Source of the DNA: Octopus sinensis
Taxonomy: Eukaryota
Assembly: GCF_006345805.1 (NCBI RefSeq)
Contig: NC_042998.1
Span: forward strand, 175,584,001 to 175,648,000
DNA length: 64,000 nt
Reading direction: 5' to 3'
The first letter of the stretch is position 1, and every line of letters begins with the position of its first letter. Of the stretch, positions 63,588 through 64,000 are shown in pieces. A program made the translations under genes and the position numbers. Under the pieces are notes generated by a model. It made no database searches. It was not told where the DNA came from and saw only the letters and a program-made list of their open reading frames with translations.

Positions 63588-63668
63588 CTGATTTAGCTTA
63601 ACAATATTGTCTCCAGTACGTTCACGTTCTTGGTACTTTTTGACCTTAACTTCACATCTTTTGAATTC
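63588..63668 (-). CDS. BIN3: BIN3 paralog B exon 8 (EFKRCEVKVKKYQERERTGDNIVKLNQ); exons 1-7 would lie beyond the window
   Basis: gcttcag / gtattg, 81 nt open. 4 substitutions versus copy A. Confidence 0.9.
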
Positions 63669-64000
63669 CTGAAGCAAACAGAATCATTAATCAGTGAAAA
63701 TCATTGATAATGGGGTTTAGATATAAAGAACAAAGTTCACAGATGATTGGAGATTACTTCAACCAATGGCCTAGTGTAGCCACAGCCCTCTGGACAAAAT
63801 TAGTGAAAATATAATCCTAATCTTGAATAGGCACAAGTATGATTGTGGTTGAAAAGTTTGCTTCCCAATCACATGGTTTTGGGTTCAGTCCAACTGTGTG
63901 GCACCATGGGTGAGTGTTTTCTATTATAGTACTGAGCTGACCAAAGCCTTGTGAGTGAATTTGGTTGATGGAAACTAAAATAAGCCCAATAATCATACAA

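Larger units (their letters stand above)
56434..64000. repeat. Segmental duplication, copy B (runs off the window end)
   Basis: Collinear with 28976-33283 plus copy-specific TE insertions. Confidence 0.97.

Noticed and set aside
56434-64000. Copy B as an uncollapsed haplotype
   Set aside because: Several copy-specific TE insertions, up to about 14 percent local divergence and a defined junction inside a Gypsy fragment. Long reads would be the final test.

Overview
AT-rich eukaryotic nuclear DNA, most likely an octopus or other coleoid cephalopod. This is inferred from the tRNA-derived SINE families, RTE/CR1/Penelope fragments, dense microsatellites and short exons in long introns. Four gene units can be read from splice signals and translation. 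(1) The last four coding exons of a SEC14L1/5 (retm)-type CRAL-TRIO/GOLD gene on + (37-3584). (2) A previously unrecognisable multi-exon minus-strand gene (about 6330-22334) whose exons join in phase into a roughly 200-aa ORF, with signs of alternative splice sites or decay. (3) A complete 10-exon, 251-aa BIN3 (N-BAR) gene on - (29941-53233). (4) The last three exons of a second, tandem BIN3 paralog on - (57294-63668), inside a duplicated block (about 28976-33283 vs 56434-64000). The paralogs differ by 20 nonsynonymous and 2 synonymous substitutions over 118 codons. The rest is a TE mosaic: SINEs, RTE, CR1, CRE and Penelope-like fragments (one with a near-canonical hammerhead ribozyme), mariner, piggyBac and hAT elements, a Gypsy pol fragment cut at the duplication junction, and a solo-LTR-like insert nested in a mariner. 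All alignments and counts were done by eye; no database searches were run.
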